From: Dehalococcoidia bacterium
Lineage (GTDB): Bacteria; Chloroflexota; Dehalococcoidia; GIF9; AB-539-J10
Assembly: GCA_021162545.1 (NCBI GenBank)
Contig: JAGGYM010000011.1
Span: 1-62,192 of the forward strand
Reading direction: 5' to 3'
Length of the DNA stretch: 62,192 nucleotides
In this document: positions 20,921 to 30,419 of the stretch, in pieces
How the letters are laid out: each line of letters opens with the position of its first letter
Position numbering within the stretch: position 1 is the stretch's first letter
Notes under the pieces: model-generated
Databases searched by the model: none
The model's input: only the letters and a program-made list of their open reading frames with translations
Told to the model about the DNA's origin: nothing
Program-made: the position numbers and the translations under genes

Positions 20921-21745
20921 CTACTTCCTCCGTTTCACAATAAATTTATTTGAAACCCTGTTGGGACGGCGCGTCTTATGTCCCAGAGAGGGCTTCCCCC
21001 AGGGACTCTTGGGATGCATCCCTCTCGGAGATCTGCCTTCTCCTCCTCCATGGGGATGGTCCCGCGGGGTCATAGCAGAACCTCTGACTGAAGGCCGGCG
21101 TCCCAACCACCTGGAGCGGCCAGCCTTACCCAGAATGATGTTCTTATGATTGACATTGCCTATTTGACCTACGGTAGCACAGCATTTGATATGGAACTTC
21201 CGCAATTCCTTCGAGGGCAGACGGATAAGCGCATAATTACCCTCTTTACTCATAATCTGGGCAGCTGTCCCTGCGCCGTGAACAATTTGCCCTCCCCTGC
21301 CTGGCGTAAGTTCAATATTGTGGACTGAAATGCCCGCCGGGAGTGCACTCAGGGGAAGAGTATTCCCCACCTTCACCTCTGCATCCTCCCCTGCCATTAT
21401 GGTATCACCTATATTGAGCTCCAAAGGGGCCAGTATGTACCGCTTTTCCCCATCCACATAGTGAATCAAAGCAATGCGGGCTCCTCTGTTGGGATCGTAT
21501 TCGATGGTGGCCACTTTCCCCGGAACTCCCGCTTTATCTCTCTTAAAATCGATAACGCGCAGCTTTCGCTTGTGCCCACCACCCTGATGGCGCACTGTTA
21601 TCACGCCCCTGTTGTTACGCCCCGCCCTTTTCTTAAAGGGCACAAGCAGCGATTTCTCCGGTGCCACCTTACTCAATTCTTCAAAGGTAGCACTGGACAT
21701 GAACCTCCTTCCAGGGGAGGTGGGTTTATAAGTTTTCAGCGCCAT
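20921..21745 (-). CDS. rplB: 50S ribosomal protein L2
   Basis: 274 aa, ...[16 protein letters not shown].... Confidence 0.95.
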   Translation of the reverse strand: MALKTYKPTSPGRRFMSSATFEELSKVAPEKSLLVPFKKRAGRNNRGVITVRHQGGGHKRKLRVIDFKRDKAGVPGKVATIEYDPNRGARIALIHYVDGEKRYILAPLELNIGDTIMAGEDAEVKVGNTLPLSALPAGISVHNIELTPGRGGQIVHGAGTAAQIMSKEGNYALIRLPSKELRKFHIKCCATVGQIGNVNHKNIILGKAGRSRWLGRRPSVRGSAMTPRDHPHGGGEGRSPRGMHPKSPWGKPSLGHKTRRPNRVSNKFIVKRRK

Positions 21746-21787
21746 AATTTATCTCCGGTCCATCACCTATCCGTACTAATATCTCAA

Positions 21788-21883
21788 TTAAAGATGCTTC
21801 CTTTGCCAGCGAGTCTTCTTCAGACGCTTCTTATACTGGTGCTTTGACATCTTTTTTTTCCGCCACTTAATAACTGAGCCCAA
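21788..21883 (-). CDS. candidate 30S ribosomal protein bS22 (31 aa), not in the ORF track
   Basis: Manual translation from TTG 21883 to TAA 21788 gives MGSVIKWRKKKMSKHQYKKRLKKTRWQRKHL, with GGAG 7 nt upstream. It lies in the otherwise unexplained 177-nt rplW-rplB gap. From memory it closely resembles mycobacterial bS22 ([33 protein letters not shown]). Confidence 0.7.
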   Translation of the reverse strand: MGSVIKWRKKKMSKHQYKKRLKKTRWQRKHL

Positions 21884-21922
21884 ATTATCTCTCCTGCTCC
21901 TGATTAATATATCAATACAGTT

Positions 21923-22207
21923 CTATATTCCTTCAAATAGCGTCACTTTATACCCTGGTTCCAAAGTGACTATCGCCTTCTTCCATGACGGCCCGGTTAC
22001 CTCGCGTTTACCCATTCGCCTTGTCTTCCCGTGCATAGTCATCACATTAACCTCGGCTACCTTAACCTTAAACGCCCGCTCCACCGCATCTTTGATCTGC
22101 AGCTTGTTGGCCTTTCTGGCTACCTCGAAGACATACTTGCCGTTCTCCTGAAGCAAAGTTGCCTTCTCCGTAACCAGGGGGCGCCGTAACACTTCGTAAA
22201 GGTTCAT
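21923..22207 (-). CDS. rplW: 50S ribosomal protein L23
   Basis: Start trimmed to MNLYEVLRRPLVTEKA (ATG 22207), just after the rplD stop. Confidence 0.93.
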   Translation of the reverse strand: MNLYEVLRRPLVTEKATLLQENGKYVFEVARKANKLQIKDAVERAFKVKVAEVNVMTMHGKTRRMGKREVTGPSWKKAIVTLEPGYKVTLFEGI

Positions 22208-22209
22208 GG

Positions 22210-22851
22210 CTAAGTGGTTTTTCCTCCCCACATCTCTTCTATCACGCGTATCCCCGATATGGTAGAAATCAGCGTTCCATAAGAGAGCAAATCTAACACG
22301 TTGACCAAATTTGAAGGCATAATCTTGACACCGTTCAGATTCCCTGCCGATCTGACTACATTGGGCAGAGAAGATGCAGTGAGCACCAGGACAGAGGAAC
22401 CAGTAACCCCAATGGATGACAAAAAACTAACCATGTTCTTCGTTTTTGCCTCTTCGAAGTCGAAATCCTCCACTACCTTGAATTCCTTTTCCTGAACTTT
22501 AGCAGAGAGGAGACATTTTATAGCCAGGCGCCTCATCTTCCTAGGCATCAACTGACGATAGCAACGTGGACTGGGGCCAAAAGTCACACCCCCACCCCTG
22601 AGAATGGGCGACTTTATATCACCCCTTCGGGCTCTCCCAGTATGTTTCTGTGCGTAGAGCTTCCTGGTGCTCCCTCTCACTTCCCCTCTGGTCTTGGTAG
22701 AAGCAGTGCCCTGGCGACGGTTGGCCAGCTGCCTTACCATCGCCTGATGAACCACGGCTTCATTGAAAGGAACACCGAAGATATCTTCTCTAATCTCCGC
22801 CTGTCTGGCGGCTTCACCCATTGAATTGTACACTGGAGTTTGCATTTTCAT
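22210..22851 (-). CDS. rplD: 50S ribosomal protein L4
   Basis: 213 aa, ...KTRGEVRGSTRKLYAQKHTGRAR.... Confidence 0.95.
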   Translation of the reverse strand: MKMQTPVYNSMGEAARQAEIREDIFGVPFNEAVVHQAMVRQLANRRQGTASTKTRGEVRGSTRKLYAQKHTGRARRGDIKSPILRGGGVTFGPSPRCYRQLMPRKMRRLAIKCLLSAKVQEKEFKVVEDFDFEEAKTKNMVSFLSSIGVTGSSVLVLTASSLPNVVRSAGNLNGVKIMPSNLVNVLDLLSYGTLISTISGIRVIEEMWGGKTT

Positions 22852-23465
22852 ATCCCTGCTTTCCTGATAATTAATAATCCACCATTGGCTCCCGGCACCG
22901 ATCCCTTTAACAAGAGTAGGTTACGGCCCGGTTCGGACCGGACGACCATGGCATTACGCAAGGTCACCATCCTGCTTCCCATGTGACCTGCCATGCGCTT
23001 CCCTTTCTGCACTCTGCCAGGAAAAGTAGTGCCCCCGATTGAACCAGGGGCGCGCTCCCGGTCAGATTGTCCGTGAGTTTTGGGACCACGGTGAAAATGA
23101 TGGCGCTTGATCGTGCCGGCAAATCCTTTGCCCTTAGAGAGGCCTCTTACATTTACAAGGTCTCCTGTTGCTAAAAAACTGCAGTCCACTTTACCGCCAC
23201 GCTGAATATTCTCTATATCATCAACCCTGAACTCACGCAGGTAACGAAAGTTCCCCACGCCCTTAAGGTGACCACTTTCTGGAGAATTGAGACTTTTGAC
23301 CTCTCCAGAGGCCAGCTGGACAGCTGTGTAGCCATCTTTTGCTCCGTTCTTTACCTGTGCCACAACGCATGGTTTCACTTCTACAGCAGTTACTGACACC
23401 ATCTCCCCGCTCTCCTGCACGAACCTGGTCATCCCTATCTTCTTTCCTATGATACCTGAAAACAT
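22848..23465 (-). CDS. rplC: 50S ribosomal protein L3
   Basis: Start trimmed to MFSGIIGKKIGMTR (ATG 23465, AAGGA upstream). The track's TTG at 23495 has no SD. Confidence 0.93.
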   Translation of the reverse strand: MFSGIIGKKIGMTRFVQESGEMVSVTAVEVKPCVVAQVKNGAKDGYTAVQLASGEVKSLNSPESGHLKGVGNFRYLREFRVDDIENIQRGGKVDCSFLATGDLVNVRGLSKGKGFAGTIKRHHFHRGPKTHGQSDRERAPGSIGGTTFPGRVQKGKRMAGHMGSRMVTLRNAMVVRSEPGRNLLLLKGSVPGANGGLLIIRKAGI

Positions 23466-23538
23466 ATCCATATCCTTGTACGTTGCCTTAACCAAACCCG
23501 CTTATATCGTTTACCTGCTAAGCAACGACGAAATGCTA

Positions 23539-23847
23539 TTATAGCTTAATATCTATCTCCACTCCAGACGCCAGATTAAGTTGCGTCAAGGCATCTACAG
23601 TTTTGGATGTTGGCTGCAGAATATCGATTAACCTCTTGTGCGTTCGAATCTCAAATTGCTCTCGGGAATCTTTGTCAATATACGGGGAGCGGATAACGCA
23701 AAATTTTTCGATGCGCGTGGGGAGGGGGACAGGCCCTGTGACTATAGCTCCCGTGCGCTCTGCTGTCTCCACTATTTGCCTGGCTGCTTGATCGACTAAC
23801 CTGTGATCGAACCCCTTAACCTTGACGCGAACTTTTTGACTGCTCAT
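23539..23847 (-). CDS. rpsJ: 30S ribosomal protein S10
   Basis: 102 aa, ...[21 protein letters not shown].... Its start overlaps the fusA stop by 4 nt. Confidence 0.95.
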   Translation of the reverse strand: MSSQKVRVKVKGFDHRLVDQAARQIVETAERTGAIVTGPVPLPTRIEKFCVIRSPYIDKDSREQFEIRTHKRLIDILQPTSKTVDALTQLNLASGVEIDIKL

Positions 23848-25970
23848 TTATCTCTTCCCAACTTGCCTATAATTTGCTCACTGAGATGTAATGGAAGCGC
23901 TTCATAATTTTGAAATTGCATTGTGTGACTTGCTCTCCCCTGACTAAGAGACCTCAAGTCACTGGTAAATCCGAAGGTTTCTGCCAGGGGAATGAGACAT
24001 CGCACAATAAAGAAACCTTCATGGCTTTCGGTATGCGTAATATGTGCTCTCCTAGAGCTTATATTTCCCATGATATCCCCTAAAAATTCAGCAGGGGTCA
24101 TCAATTCCAGATTCATAATCGGCTCCAAGAGTAACGGGTTGGCTTTTTTTAACCCACCCTTAACGGCCAGAGAAGCCGCCATCTTAAAGGCTAACTCTGA
24201 AGAATCGACTTCATGATAACTCCCATCATATAGGGTTATCTTAACATCTACCGCGGGATAACCTGCCAGAGCACCATCTTGCAAAGCCGACATCGCACCT
24301 GCTTTTACAGCAGGGATGAATTCTTTGGGCACTGTTCCGCCTCGAAGTTTCTCAAAAAAACAATTGCCTTCACCTTTCCCGTTTGGTTCAAGTTTAAGCC
24401 ACACATGTCCGTACTGACCTCTACCTCCAGACTGGCGGATAAACCTTCCTTCAGATTCTGCCGGAGTGGCAATCGTCTCTTTATAAGCTACCTGTGGCCT
24501 GCCCACATTTACCTTTACTCCATATTCGCGCAACATGCGCTCCACTGCGACCTCAAGGTGAAGTTCTCCCATCCCGCAGATAATGGTCTGGCCTACTTCC
24601 TGATCATAGTAAACTTTGAGAGAGGGGTCCTCAGAGGTGAGCTTATCTAACACGTCGTCCAGCTTATCCTGGTCAGCTTTACTCTTGGGTTCAATAGCCA
24701 GAGAAAGAACGGGCTCAGCAAATTGTATCCGTTCGAATAGCACAGGCCGCGAAGCTTCACAAAGGCTATCACCCGTGGAAGTTTTCTTGAACCCCGCCAC
24801 GGCTATTATGCTTCCAGTATCCGCATAATCAACCTCTTCACGATGATTAGCATGCATGATGTATAGTTTGCCGAGGCGCTCTTTTTCTCCTGCGGTGGAA
24901 TTCAGAATCTGCGCGCCAGTACGCATCTTTCCTGAGTAAACGCGAATGTAGGTCAGTTTTCCCATAAAGGGATCTGCCACTATTTTGAAAGCCAGAGCAG
25001 AGAAAGGTTCATCATCGCTTGGCCTGCAAAAAACTTCTTCCTGATCCTTGAGCTTTCTGGCATGGATAGCAGGAATATCAACGGGGGAAGGAAGATAATC
25101 GACAATAGCATCAAGCAATGGTTGAATGCCTTTACCTTTGAGAGCACTACCGCACAGAACAGGCACTACTTTGTTGGAGACAGTTAACGCTCTTATAGCT
25201 GCCTTGAGGACGGGAACGGGTATATCCCGCTCCTCAAGATACATTGACATAATATTATCATCGTTCTCGGCCAGCTTCTCTATTAGCTTCTGGCGGTGAG
25301 CGGAGGCCACATCACAGAGCTTGTCGGGTATAGGCCCTTCTACGGGATCCATGTTGGGATCATCAGGAAAGACAACGGCCCTGTTTTCTACGAGGTCTAT
25401 GACGCCTTCAAAGAGCTTCTCTGACCCCAGCGGGAGTTGCAGCAACAGCAAGTTGGCCTGTAATCGGTCTCTGATCATCGATACCGTGTAATCGAAGTTG
25501 GCGCCAGTCCTGTCCATCTTGCTGACAAAACAAATCCTGGCTAAATTATATTTACTCGCCTGCCGCCAGACAGTTTCCGACTGTGCTTCCACGCCAGCCA
25601 CACCATCAAAGACAACCACACCACCATCAAGCACTCTCAGACTACGCTCCACTTCAACGGTGAAATCTACATGGCCCGGGGTATCGATTATATTGATACA
25701 ATGGTCGTTCCAGTAGCAGGTAGTGGCTGCAGCTACTATGGTAATGCCACGCTCCCTCTCCTGGTCCATCCAGTCCATCGCCGCCGTGCCTTCATCCACA
25801 TTTCCGATTTTATAGGTGTGCCCCGTATGATAGAGAATTCTCTCCGTAGTCGTGGTTTTGCCCGCATCTATATGGGCAATTATGCCTATATTCCGTATTT
25901 TCCCTAAAGGAAAAGTTCGCGGCACGAGTTGTCCCTTTGTCTTGAGCATCGTCTTCAATGTAGTTCTCAC
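23844..25970 (-). CDS. fusA: translation elongation factor G
   Basis: 708 aa with G1 [17 protein letters not shown] and the full EF-G domain set. GTG 25970 overlaps the rpsG stop, and an ATG at 25949 is an alternative start. Confidence 0.95.
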   Translation of the reverse strand: MRTTLKTMLKTKGQLVPRTFPLGKIRNIGIIAHIDAGKTTTTERILYHTGHTYKIGNVDEGTAAMDWMDQERERGITIVAAATTCYWNDHCINIIDTPGHVDFTVEVERSLRVLDGGVVVFDGVAGVEAQSETVWRQASKYNLARICFVSKMDRTGANFDYTVSMIRDRLQANLLLLQLPLGSEKLFEGVIDLVENRAVVFPDDPNMDPVEGPIPDKLCDVASAHRQKLIEKLAENDDNIMSMYLEERDIPVPVLKAAIRALTVSNKVVPVLCGSALKGKGIQPLLDAIVDYLPSPVDIPAIHARKLKDQEEVFCRPSDDEPFSALAFKIVADPFMGKLTYIRVYSGKMRTGAQILNSTAGEKERLGKLYIMHANHREEVDYADTGSIIAVAGFKKTSTGDSLCEASRPVLFERIQFAEPVLSLAIEPKSKADQDKLDDVLDKLTSEDPSLKVYYDQEVGQTIICGMGELHLEVAVERMLREYGVKVNVGRPQVAYKETIATPAESEGRFIRQSGGRGQYGHVWLKLEPNGKGEGNCFFEKLRGGTVPKEFIPAVKAGAMSALQDGALAGYPAVDVKITLYDGSYHEVDSSELAFKMAASLAVKGGLKKANPLLLEPIMNLELMTPAEFLGDIMGNISSRRAHITHTESHEGFFIVRCLIPLAETFGFTSDLRSLSQGRASHTMQFQNYEALPLHLSEQIIGKLGRDK

Positions 25971-26440
25971 CAGCGGAAATGTGCAAAAGCTTTGTTGGCT
26001 TGAGCCATCCTGTGTATATCTTCGCGCTTCTTGATCGTCGCTCCTCGCCCTTCTACCACATCAGTCAATTCACTGGCTAACTTTTCCCTCATCGATTTGC
26101 CCGCGCGCCCCCGCACTGAAGCAATAATCCACCGCATGGCCATGCCCTGCCCTCTCCGGGGGTCTACTTCCATGGGAACCTGATAGGTAGCTCCTCCCAC
26201 CCTGCGGGGCCTTACCATGAGAAGAGGCGTGGCACTTCTTATAGCCTCTTCCATTACCTCCGAGGGTTCCTTACCCAGGTGTTCGCTGGCGACCTCCAGT
26301 GCGTCATAAACGATGCGCTCCGCTGTAGCCTTCTGCCCCCGCAGCATAACCTTGTTGATGAACTTAGCCACGGTGACGTTGTTATACTTGGCATCTGCTG
26401 GTATTATCCTTCTCAGGTCTTTGTTTGCTCTTCTGGGCAT
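25967..26440 (-). CDS. rpsG: 30S ribosomal protein S7
   Basis: 157 aa, MPRRANKDLRRI...AFAHFRW. Confidence 0.95.
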   Translation of the reverse strand: MPRRANKDLRRIIPADAKYNNVTVAKFINKVMLRGQKATAERIVYDALEVASEHLGKEPSEVMEEAIRSATPLLMVRPRRVGGATYQVPMEVDPRRGQGMAMRWIIASVRGRAGKSMREKLASELTDVVEGRGATIKKREDIHRMAQANKAFAHFRW

Positions 26441-26452
26441 CTGTTCTCCTTG

Positions 26453-26881
26453 CTATCCCCTGGCTACAGTCTTTTCTTTCTTGGTGCCATATCTGCTGCG
26501 ACCCCGCTTCCGATTAACCACGCCCTCCGTATCCAGGGTGCCTCGAATGATATGATAGCGCACACCCGGCACATCTTTAACTCTACCACCGCGGATCAGA
26601 ACTACAGAGTGCTCCTGCAAATTGTGACCTTCACCCGGAATATACGCATTCACCTCTGCCCCATTGGTTAACCGCACTTTGGCAATTTTGCGCAGCGCAG
26701 AATTGGGTTTTTTCGGAGTGACGGTTTTTACCTGGATACAGACACCCCTTTTCTGAGGCGATCCTGCAGTCGGTATGATCTTGCTCTTCATTGCATTGTA
26801 AATGAAGTGCAACGAAGGAGCCTTGGCCCGCTTTTTCCGCTTAATTCTTCCCTTTCTAACAAGCTGATTTATTGTTGGCAT
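26453..26881 (-). CDS. rpsL: 30S ribosomal protein S12
   Basis: 142 aa, [12 protein letters not shown]...[10 protein letters not shown].... Confidence 0.95.
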   Translation of the reverse strand: MPTINQLVRKGRIKRKKRAKAPSLHFIYNAMKSKIIPTAGSPQKRGVCIQVKTVTPKKPNSALRKIAKVRLTNGAEVNAYIPGEGHNLQEHSVVLIRGGRVKDVPGVRYHIIRGTLDTEGVVNRKRGRSRYGTKKEKTVARG

Positions 26882-27027
26882 CTCTATACCTCTAGTCCGC
26901 TACCTGACAATCAAAAAAGCCGCCTGGTTACATGCCGCTCTACTCCCGGGAGAAACTCTGCTCGGCTTCAGCCAGCCAGCTCTTCTGCTTCCCTGACGTT
27001 CTTGTCCTAAGTAGCCACCAAGTAAGT

Positions 27028-27057
27028 AATCTATCACAGGCAGAATATGCCTGTCAA
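27028..27057 (-). promoter_or_regulatory. candidate promoter of the rpsL-led ribosomal cluster
   Basis: Minus strand: TTGACA (27057-27052), 18 nt spacer, TAGATT (27033-27028), about 145 nt upstream of the rpsL ATG. The spacer contains the inverted repeat ACAGGCA-N5-TGCCTGT. Confidence 0.4.
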
Positions 27058-27109
27058 ACGAAGGAATTTTTTTAACATCCCGCCTTCCTGTTACACTCAG
27101 ATCAGGCAT

Positions 27110-27940
27110 TCACTTCAGAATTGCATTATCGATCAGTCTCGTCTTGCCTATTCTGACAGCCAGAGAGACTAGAGCCGGAGGAGTAATTATTTTCATCTCT
27201 TCCAGAGTACCGATATTTGCGATGCTGATATAGCCGATGCTGGCCAGGGAAATCCCAGCAATCAGTGAGGTCATCTGAAAGCGAATTTCGTCTGCATCTT
27301 CCTCCCCACCCCGCCACAATTCCTCAGCCAGAGAGAGCGCCTTGAAGAGAACTGTGGCAGCACGTCGCTCCTCATGACTGAGATGAACGTTACGGCTGCT
27401 CATGGCCAATCCATCGCTTTCTCTGACCGTGGGTACGACTACAATTTCCAGATTCATCTTGAGGTCGGAGACCATCCTTTTGATGACCAGGACCTGTTGA
27501 GCATCCTTTTGCCCAAAATAGGCCCTGCCGGGCTGGACGATGTTGAACAATTTGGCTACTACCGTCGCTACACCTCGGAAGTGCCCCGGGCGATGTAACC
27601 CCTCGAGCTTCTCAGTGATCCCCTCTACATCTATCCACGTGCTGAAACTTGGGTACATCTCTTTGTTAGAGGGAACAAAAACTATGTCCGTTTTCTCCCT
27701 CTCCAGGAATTCAAGATCTCGCTCAAGGTCTCTGGGATAGGACACAAGGTCTTCACCGACATCGAACTGCGTAGGGTTAACGAAGATGCTAACAACGACG
27801 GTATCCGTTTCCGCCCTGGCTCTTTTTACCAGAGCGAGGTGGCCATCATGAAGATAACCCATGGTGGGAACAAAGCCAACCGAGTTTTTAATCTGCCCCC
27901 TTAGATTTCTTACGCCAGATACCGTTTCTATTACCTGCAT
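27110..27940 (-). CDS. panC: pantoate--beta-alanine ligase
   Basis: 276 aa, FVPTMGYLHDGHLALVKRA.... Confidence 0.95.
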   Translation of the reverse strand: MQVIETVSGVRNLRGQIKNSVGFVPTMGYLHDGHLALVKRARAETDTVVVSIFVNPTQFDVGEDLVSYPRDLERDLEFLEREKTDIVFVPSNKEMYPSFSTWIDVEGITEKLEGLHRPGHFRGVATVVAKLFNIVQPGRAYFGQKDAQQVLVIKRMVSDLKMNLEIVVVPTVRESDGLAMSSRNVHLSHEERRAATVLFKALSLAEELWRGGEEDADEIRFQMTSLIAGISLASIGYISIANIGTLEEMKIITPPALVSLAVRIGKTRLIDNAILK

Positions 27941-28043
27941 TTTCGTTCCTAACCCTCCGCCTCCGGAGAAGGAAATACTTCACTGCACCTGTTGACCGCA
28001 ACAATCAGATAGACGTTGCTTTAGTATCGCGAATGCTCTTTGA

Positions 28044-28889
28044 TCAAGATGGAGTCGTAAAATCAAGGCCCTCGAGCAGACTTTCATCCATGGTATAGCT
28101 CTCTTTCAGTGTGGGGAAGCTGGAGGACTTAACTTCAGCCATATAATCTCCGATAGCGGACTGCATTTCTTCGGCTAATCCAGCATATCGCTTGGCGTGC
28201 TTGGGCACGAAGTCGGTGAAGAGCCCCAGTATATCACTGATTACCTGAACCTGGCCATCGCAATCGGGGCCGGCCCCGATTCCAATCGTGGGGATATTTA
28301 CCTTCCGCGTTATCAGTCTGGAGAGGGGTGCGGGAATACATTCCAGAACAATGGAGAAAGCTCCCGCTTGCTCCAGAATCTGAGCATCCTGGAGCAATTT
28401 TTTAGCCGCCTCTGGTTTTTTGCCCTGCACTTTAAATCCCCCCAGCTGGTATATCGATTGGGGGGTAAGCCCGATATGCCCCATGACGGGAATGCCACAC
28501 TCAACGATTCGCTGCACTTTTTCGGCAACGATCTCTCCCCCCTCCAGCTTTACTGCTTGCGCTCCCCCTTCTTGAATAAATCGCCCTGCGTTGCGCAGGG
28601 CGTCAGAAACGCTGGTATGGTAGCTCATGAAGGGCATGTCACCCACTATAAGAGCTTTCCTGACTCCACGAGCTACAGCTTTTGTGTGGTGCAGCATTTC
28701 TTCCATCGTCACGGGCAGAGTTGTCTCATACCCCAACATCACCATCCCCAAACTGTCTCCCACCAGTATCAGAGGAACGCAGGCTTCATCAATTATCTTG
28801 GCAGTAATATAATCATACGCAGTAAGCATGGGTATCTTTTCTTTCTTCTGCTTCATATCCCTTATGTCGTTGATGCTAATTTTCACCAT
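28044..28889 (-). CDS. panB: 3-methyl-2-oxobutanoate hydroxymethyltransferase
   Basis: 281 aa, ...MLTAYDY...LVGDSLGMV..GY.TT.... Confidence 0.95.
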   Translation of the reverse strand: MVKISINDIRDMKQKKEKIPMLTAYDYITAKIIDEACVPLILVGDSLGMVMLGYETTLPVTMEEMLHHTKAVARGVRKALIVGDMPFMSYHTSVSDALRNAGRFIQEGGAQAVKLEGGEIVAEKVQRIVECGIPVMGHIGLTPQSIYQLGGFKVQGKKPEAAKKLLQDAQILEQAGAFSIVLECIPAPLSRLITRKVNIPTIGIGAGPDCDGQVQVISDILGLFTDFVPKHAKRYAGLAEEMQSAIGDYMAEVKSSSFPTLKESYTMDESLLEGLDFTTPS

Positions 28890-28977
28890 GTCACCTCTTT
28901 TCCCCTTCGAAGTTGTCTCACCTCCTTTCCCCCTGCCCCACCCAAGTGCCCAACCGCAATGCCTTAAAGTGAAATCG

Positions 28978-29373
28978 CTATGGTCCTGTGGCTGCTACCA
29001 GGTCTTCTACCAGACAGCCATTCCTTACTTCCAGGAGCTCATTTCTGCCGTCCACATAAACCATCGTCGGCACCATAAACCTTGCTTCATCATCAGTAAC
29101 ATGAGCGTATGACAGAATGATAACCGTATCTCCCTTTGCCACCATCCTGGCAGCAGCGCCATTCAGCCCGATTATCCCGGAGTTTGCTTCTCCCTCAATA
29201 GCATAGGTGCTGAATCTGGAGCCATTGTTGATATCCAATACCTCTACTCTTTCGAAGGGTAGAATATCCCCGGCCTCCAGGAGCATTTTGTCAATGGTGA
29301 CACTGCCCTCATAATCCACATTGACCTCAGTAACTCGGGCCCGGTGAATTTTGCTCTTTAGCATGGATCTCAT
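28978..29373 (-). CDS. panD: aspartate 1-decarboxylase
   Basis: 131 aa, MLKSKIHRARVTEVNVDYEGSVTID (pyruvoyl GS site). Confidence 0.95.
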   Translation of the reverse strand: MRSMLKSKIHRARVTEVNVDYEGSVTIDKMLLEAGDILPFERVEVLDINNGSRFSTYAIEGEANSGIIGLNGAAARMVAKGDTVIILSYAHVTDDEARFMVPTMVYVDGRNELLEVRNGCLVEDLVAATGP

Positions 29374-29387
29374 TTCGTGCCTCCTTT

Positions 29388-30245
29388 TTACGTCGTGAAC
29401 AGAAATTTCAAGTCCCTGGCCTTATTTTCATCGATCTTGCCTTTGGCCAAAGCGACAGGAATAGTGTGAATCCCCAGTTCCTTGTAGACAGCGAGCATCT
29501 CAGGACATCTGGTCTTGAGAATTTCCAGATGTTCTTGTATGGTGCCAATATCTCCTCGAGATATGGAACCCGTGAGACAATTAGGCAATCCAACGCTGGC
29601 GATGTTGTTTACCGTTCCGCGCAATAGGGGAAGTAAAGCTTGACTTGCTCTCGCTGGCGGTATCCCAAACGCCTGCCATAAGTCTAAAGCTATCTTGATC
29701 AGGGTTACCAGATAATTGGAGGTGAAGGTTGCCGCCATATGGTACAGCACTTTATCTTCCGGCTTAAGTTCTATCCACTCCCCTTCGAGAGAGGAAGCTA
29801 ACTCCTTCAATTTGGGTAGCAGCGGGGCCTCGGCCTCCACGGCAAAGGTAGAACCAATTAAATTGTTCGTGGCCTGTTCAGCGCTGGCAAAGGTCTGCAG
29901 AGGGTGGAAAGACCCCACGCTGGCTCCCTGATGCCTGGCAGGCTCCAAGATATCGATGGAGTGAGCACCACTGCAATGTACTACACCTTGTCCCTCATGC
30001 CACTCCACCTCGCAGCATACCCGGGGGATAACATCATCGGGGGTGGTGATAAAAATCAGATCGGCAACATCAGCCAGTTCCTGAGCAGTACGGCAAACCC
30101 GGCAATTATTTATCAGCCTGGCCAGTTTTTGCGCTGAAGATAAACTCCGGCTGGAGACAGCTACCACGGAATAGCCCTTTTCCGACAGCCTGACTGCCAG
30201 CGCTGTGCCCGTTGTTCCCGCCCCAATGAAGCCAATTCTGCACAT
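29388..30245 (-). CDS. Rossmann + DUF2520-type oxidoreductase, putative PanG-like ketopantoate reductase
   Basis: MCRIGFIGAGTTGTA Rossmann N-terminus and a C-terminal ...LYHMAATFTSNYLVTL...LTGSISRGD pattern (DUF2520, from memory). It is the first gene of the panD-panB-panC operon. Start set at ATG 30245; the track's TTG at 30275 sits in a hairpin loop. Confidence 0.6.
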   Translation of the reverse strand: MCRIGFIGAGTTGTALAVRLSEKGYSVVAVSSRSLSSAQKLARLINNCRVCRTAQELADVADLIFITTPDDVIPRVCCEVEWHEGQGVVHCSGAHSIDILEPARHQGASVGSFHPLQTFASAEQATNNLIGSTFAVEAEAPLLPKLKELASSLEGEWIELKPEDKVLYHMAATFTSNYLVTLIKIALDLWQAFGIPPARASQALLPLLRGTVNNIASVGLPNCLTGSISRGDIGTIQEHLEILKTRCPEMLAVYKELGIHTIPVALAKGKIDENKARDLKFLFTT

Positions 30246-30248
30246 GGC

Positions 30249-30282
30249 AATAAAAAATCCTCTCGCCTTAACCAAGAGGATT
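30249..30282 (-). terminator. intrinsic-terminator-like hairpin + U-tract at the end of the pan leader
   Basis: Minus strand: AATCCTCT-N11-AGAGGATT followed by TTTTATT, ending 3 nt before ATG 30245. It could instead be a translational operator. Confidence 0.4.
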
Positions 30283-30419
30283 AATACATCAGAACATTTT
30301 TGTTCTCCGTCCCGGTCGTCGCCGATCCAAGCGGAATTCCTGCCTCTTTTTGCCTTAAGTTTCGCTCGCTACCCTAGGGTTAGCGGCACCCATTATGCTG
30401 GCACAATTTCCCTGTTTTG
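30283..30419 (-). promoter_or_regulatory. structured leader upstream of the pan operon (candidate pan RNA motif region)
   Basis: Minus-strand hairpins: 30387-30364 (10 bp, two single bulged A), 30343-30331 (bulged A) and 30306-30291 (AGAACA-AAAA-TGTTCT). Confidence 0.4.

Noticed and set aside
26900-27109. 69-aa ORF in the panC-rpsL spacer.
   Set aside because: It overlaps the predicted rpsL promoter and leader, has no SD, and its translation has no recognisable features.
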